A program made the position numbers and the translations under genes. Shown piece by piece: positions 61,744 to 64,000 of a stretch of DNA of 64,000 nt. Position 1 is the first letter of the stretch; every line of letters begins with the position of its first letter. The notes below the pieces were generated by a model. It was given only the letters and a program-made list of their open reading frames with translations, did not search any database and was not told where the DNA came from. Source of the DNA: Omnitrophica bacterium GWA2_41_15 (lineage in GTDB: Bacteria; Omnitrophota; Gorgyraeia; Gygaellales; UBA12090); contig CAKKRH010000007.1 in assembly GCA_919902675.1 (NCBI GenBank), forward strand, positions 12,942-76,941, read 5' to 3'.

Positions 61744-62883
61744 CTAATTCTTTAGAAAGTTCTTTAGTAATTTATTATAATTATTTATATTAAAAAGAAT
61801 AGATGTTGTCATCGCACATTCATAGGTACAAAAACATTTTTCTTTCTTTATCTCTTTTCGAATGCCTTCAGCCTCCTGCGATAACCAGATTTTATTTAAA
61901 TCATACCCTATTTTTTCACTACGCAAACTCCCCATCGATTCGGCTTTCATAATACAAGGATATACTTCCCCAACTTCATTTATAATTCCAAAAAGGCTGC
62001 CCGCATAACAAGGAATAAGATATTTTTTCTTGATAAATATTTTTGATATTAACTCTGATTCTAACATTTCTTTAGTAAATATTACTTTTTCCTGAAATGA
62101 CTTGCCCTTATTTTTCATATACTTTATTTTATTATCACGAAATCCTATATAATTATTTATATCAACGTCCTTTATCTCTGGGCTCTTAAGATTTCCTCTT
62201 ATTAAATTTATACCTATATTATCTGGCTTTATATTATTAACGATAAAACTGAATAATTGATTTAGCTTATTTTGATTTGTGGACATGCATGTTGTGGCAG
62301 TATATATAGATAACCGCGGATAAATTCTCTGCAATTCCTTGAGCCTTTTTATAGTTTGCATGCACACAGAGAAAGCGCCTCTGACACCTCTGATTTTATC
62401 ATGCAGCTGCGCTTCGCCATCCACCGAAACATTTATTATAACTTTTGCGGACGAAGGTATTTTGAGTATTTTCTCAATAGTTGAAATTATTTCATTTGTA
62501 AAAAAAGCATTCGTTGGGAATTGAATATATCTTGGTTTGCAATATATTAAAAATAACTTCACTATTTCATGCAAATCTTTTCGCAAAAAAGGTTCACCGC
62601 CGGTAAAGGATACAGACAGAATTGATGATAAATGATTAACAATCTTCTCAATTTCATCCAATGATAATTCTATGCGTTCTTGATTAATTCTATGCCAGTA
62701 ATAACAATGGTTGCAATGAAAGCTGCATTTAGACGTAACAAAAAATACAAGATGAAGAGGCAACCCTTTTTTAAATATAACTCTTTTTGCTATATTCAGA
62801 GAATTAATCATAATCTTACAGGCACTTATATCGATACATACGCGCTGGCCTAATTTTCCGTAACTTCTGCGCTTGTAATACAA
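61744..62883 (-). CDS. radical SAM enzyme with Cys-rich C-terminal (SPASM/twitch-like) region, paralog B
   Basis: It has CSFHCNHC, VSFTGGEPFLRKD and VSVDGEAQLHDKIRGVRGAF. The C-terminus carries IPCYAGS...GEVYPC...CFCTYEC. Confidence 0.8.
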   Translation of the reverse strand: MYYKRRSYGKLGQRVCIDISACKIMINSLNIAKRVIFKKGLPLHLVFFVTSKCSFHCNHCYYWHRINQERIELSLDEIEKIVNHLSSILSVSFTGGEPFLRKDLHEIVKLFLIYCKPRYIQFPTNAFFTNEIISTIEKILKIPSSAKVIINVSVDGEAQLHDKIRGVRGAFSVCMQTIKRLKELQRIYPRLSIYTATTCMSTNQNKLNQLFSFIVNNIKPDNIGINLIRGNLKSPEIKDVDINNYIGFRDNKIKYMKNKGKSFQEKVIFTKEMLESELISKIFIKKKYLIPCYAGSLFGIINEVGEVYPCIMKAESMGSLRSEKIGYDLNKIWLSQEAEGIRKEIKKEKCFCTYECAMTTSILFNINNYNKLLKNFLKN

Positions 62884-62904
62884 CGTCGCGCGCGTACGAT
62901 AGTC

Positions 62905-63927
62905 TCAAGATTTTGTTAAGATATAAAATTCTTGCCATATATCCGATATAGAGCTAAAAGGCGAATTCATCATACGTGATAATTTTATAGCCCCCTCGCA
63001 CCCACATCCTTTACAGAAAGGCCTTCCCAACATAGAAACTGCTTTATTAAACCCTAACTTTAAAATGTTTAGCTCTTGCTTTTCGCTTGCGAAAGAATTT
63101 GATAAAGGAATAATATGATCGCAGCTTTCCAATATTCCATTTGGACGAATAACACAAAACAATTTTCCTGCTGCGCAAGAAAATTGTTTACCATGGGGCC
63201 AATCCCTGATAAATTCTAATTCCTTAACCGAATTCTGAATAAAAGAACTATTCCGTCCCTTCAGTACGATAAGCTTATCAACCGCTTCTACAAACTTTTC
63301 TCTTGTTGGCCTAAGCTCGTAAACGTCTTTTCGTAAACTCAAATTCCTAAGAGGTTCAAATGTTATTTGTGAATGCAATTCAGACGCAAATTTAACCAAA
63401 AAATCAAGCTGATTTAAATTTTGATTCGTAAGCATCGAATTAAATACTACTTTAATTCCGCTGTTTTTTGCGGCATAAGAGGCTTCCTTAACAATATTGA
63501 ATGAACCATCTCCCCTCATTTTGTCATGTATAGATTCGGGTCCATCTATGCTTAACTTTAGTTTCGTTAAGGGTAACAATTCTTTAATCTTCTCTTTTAC
63601 TCCATAGCCGGATGAATTCAATTCTATTCTTTTTATACCCTTTTTTTTACAATAAGCAATTACCTCTCCCATATCATTCCTTGCCAAAGGCTCGCCACCG
63701 CTGAAAATAAGACAAACCGCCCTCTTCGAGATTTGATCTACAATCGCCTTTACTTCTCCCGTACTCAATTCCTCATTTATCTGATAATTCTTCACCTCAC
63801 AATAAAGGCATTTACGATAACATTGCTCGGTAATATTCCACCGAACACCTATAGGATAGTTATTTTTCAAAAACTTTACATTTAATACTGAACGCGATAA
63901 AACAACTATATCCGAAAAAGATAGCAT
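62905..63927 (-). CDS. radical SAM enzyme with Cys-rich C-terminal (SPASM/twitch-like) region, paralog C
   Basis: It has CYRKCLYC, LIFSGGEPLARND and LSIDGPESIHDKMRGDGSF. The C-terminus carries FSCAAGK...NGILESCDH...CKGCGCEG. Confidence 0.8.
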   Translation of the reverse strand: MLSFSDIVVLSRSVLNVKFLKNNYPIGVRWNITEQCYRKCLYCEVKNYQINEELSTGEVKAIVDQISKRAVCLIFSGGEPLARNDMGEVIAYCKKKGIKRIELNSSGYGVKEKIKELLPLTKLKLSIDGPESIHDKMRGDGSFNIVKEASYAAKNSGIKVVFNSMLTNQNLNQLDFLVKFASELHSQITFEPLRNLSLRKDVYELRPTREKFVEAVDKLIVLKGRNSSFIQNSVKELEFIRDWPHGKQFSCAAGKLFCVIRPNGILESCDHIIPLSNSFASEKQELNILKLGFNKAVSMLGRPFCKGCGCEGAIKLSRMMNSPFSSISDIWQEFYILTKS

Positions 63928-64000
63928 ACTCTAATATGAATTTAAAACCCGTAACCCTTGAATTCTAAACAATGTTAAAGTGGTTCATAGCTTAACGCAT

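Noticed and set aside
61744-64000. A RiPP cluster, with a precursor peptide next to the SPASM-type radical SAM genes.
   Set aside because: Intergenic gaps in the island are 1-95 nt and I found no plausible short ORF with an RBS. The surrounding genes are all glycan or lipid-carrier enzymes. A precursor beyond the right edge cannot be excluded.

Overview
This is a 64-kb bacterial chromosomal segment. Transcription is almost entirely on the minus strand; only thpR and an O-antigen-ligase-like gene are on plus. The standard genetic code fits. I saw no rRNA, CRISPR array, transposase or phage genes. I cannot assign taxonomy from sequence alone, but a secretin, a GT9 enzyme and PgsA/PgpA suggest a diderm.

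**1-35 kb: tightly packed housekeeping genes**
- Threonine/isoleucine block: cimA-lysC-(iPGM-like)-coaB-thrC-hom.
- Other genes: gpsA, cca, xerD-like, ligA, crcB, pgpA-pgsA-rimO, rodZ-ftsK, pnp-rpsO.
- A complete rib operon (ribBA-ribH-nusB-PHP-ribD-ribE) sits behind an FMN riboswitch.
- Two tRNA-Pro genes.
- A c-di-GMP-I riboswitch precedes a three-gene operon of unknown function.

**36.6-49.7 kb: type IV pilus / T2SS-like cluster**
- Contents: pilC, a pilM-pilN fusion, pilO, an embedded HTH gene, a two-gene secretin, pilB with an MshEN-type N-terminus, two pilins, three pseudopilins, LamG modules and a PilX-like gene.

**About 49.8-64 kb: a visibly AT-rich surface-glycan island**
- Four radical-SAM enzymes.
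- An Arn/Gtr-like set: DegT aminotransferase, two GT2, a deacetylase, and one clearly YfhO/GT-C-like membrane protein next to a second large polytopic membrane protein.
- A GT9 enzyme.

**Recurrent oddities**
- A near-identical 117-bp structured element occurs once in a 5' leader and once in frame inside a membrane-protein gene.
- Several genes carry 'ghost' duplications of their start regions.
- A tRNA-Pro 3' end is duplicated.
- Many intergenic regions are hairpins built from 7-8-nt periodic words.
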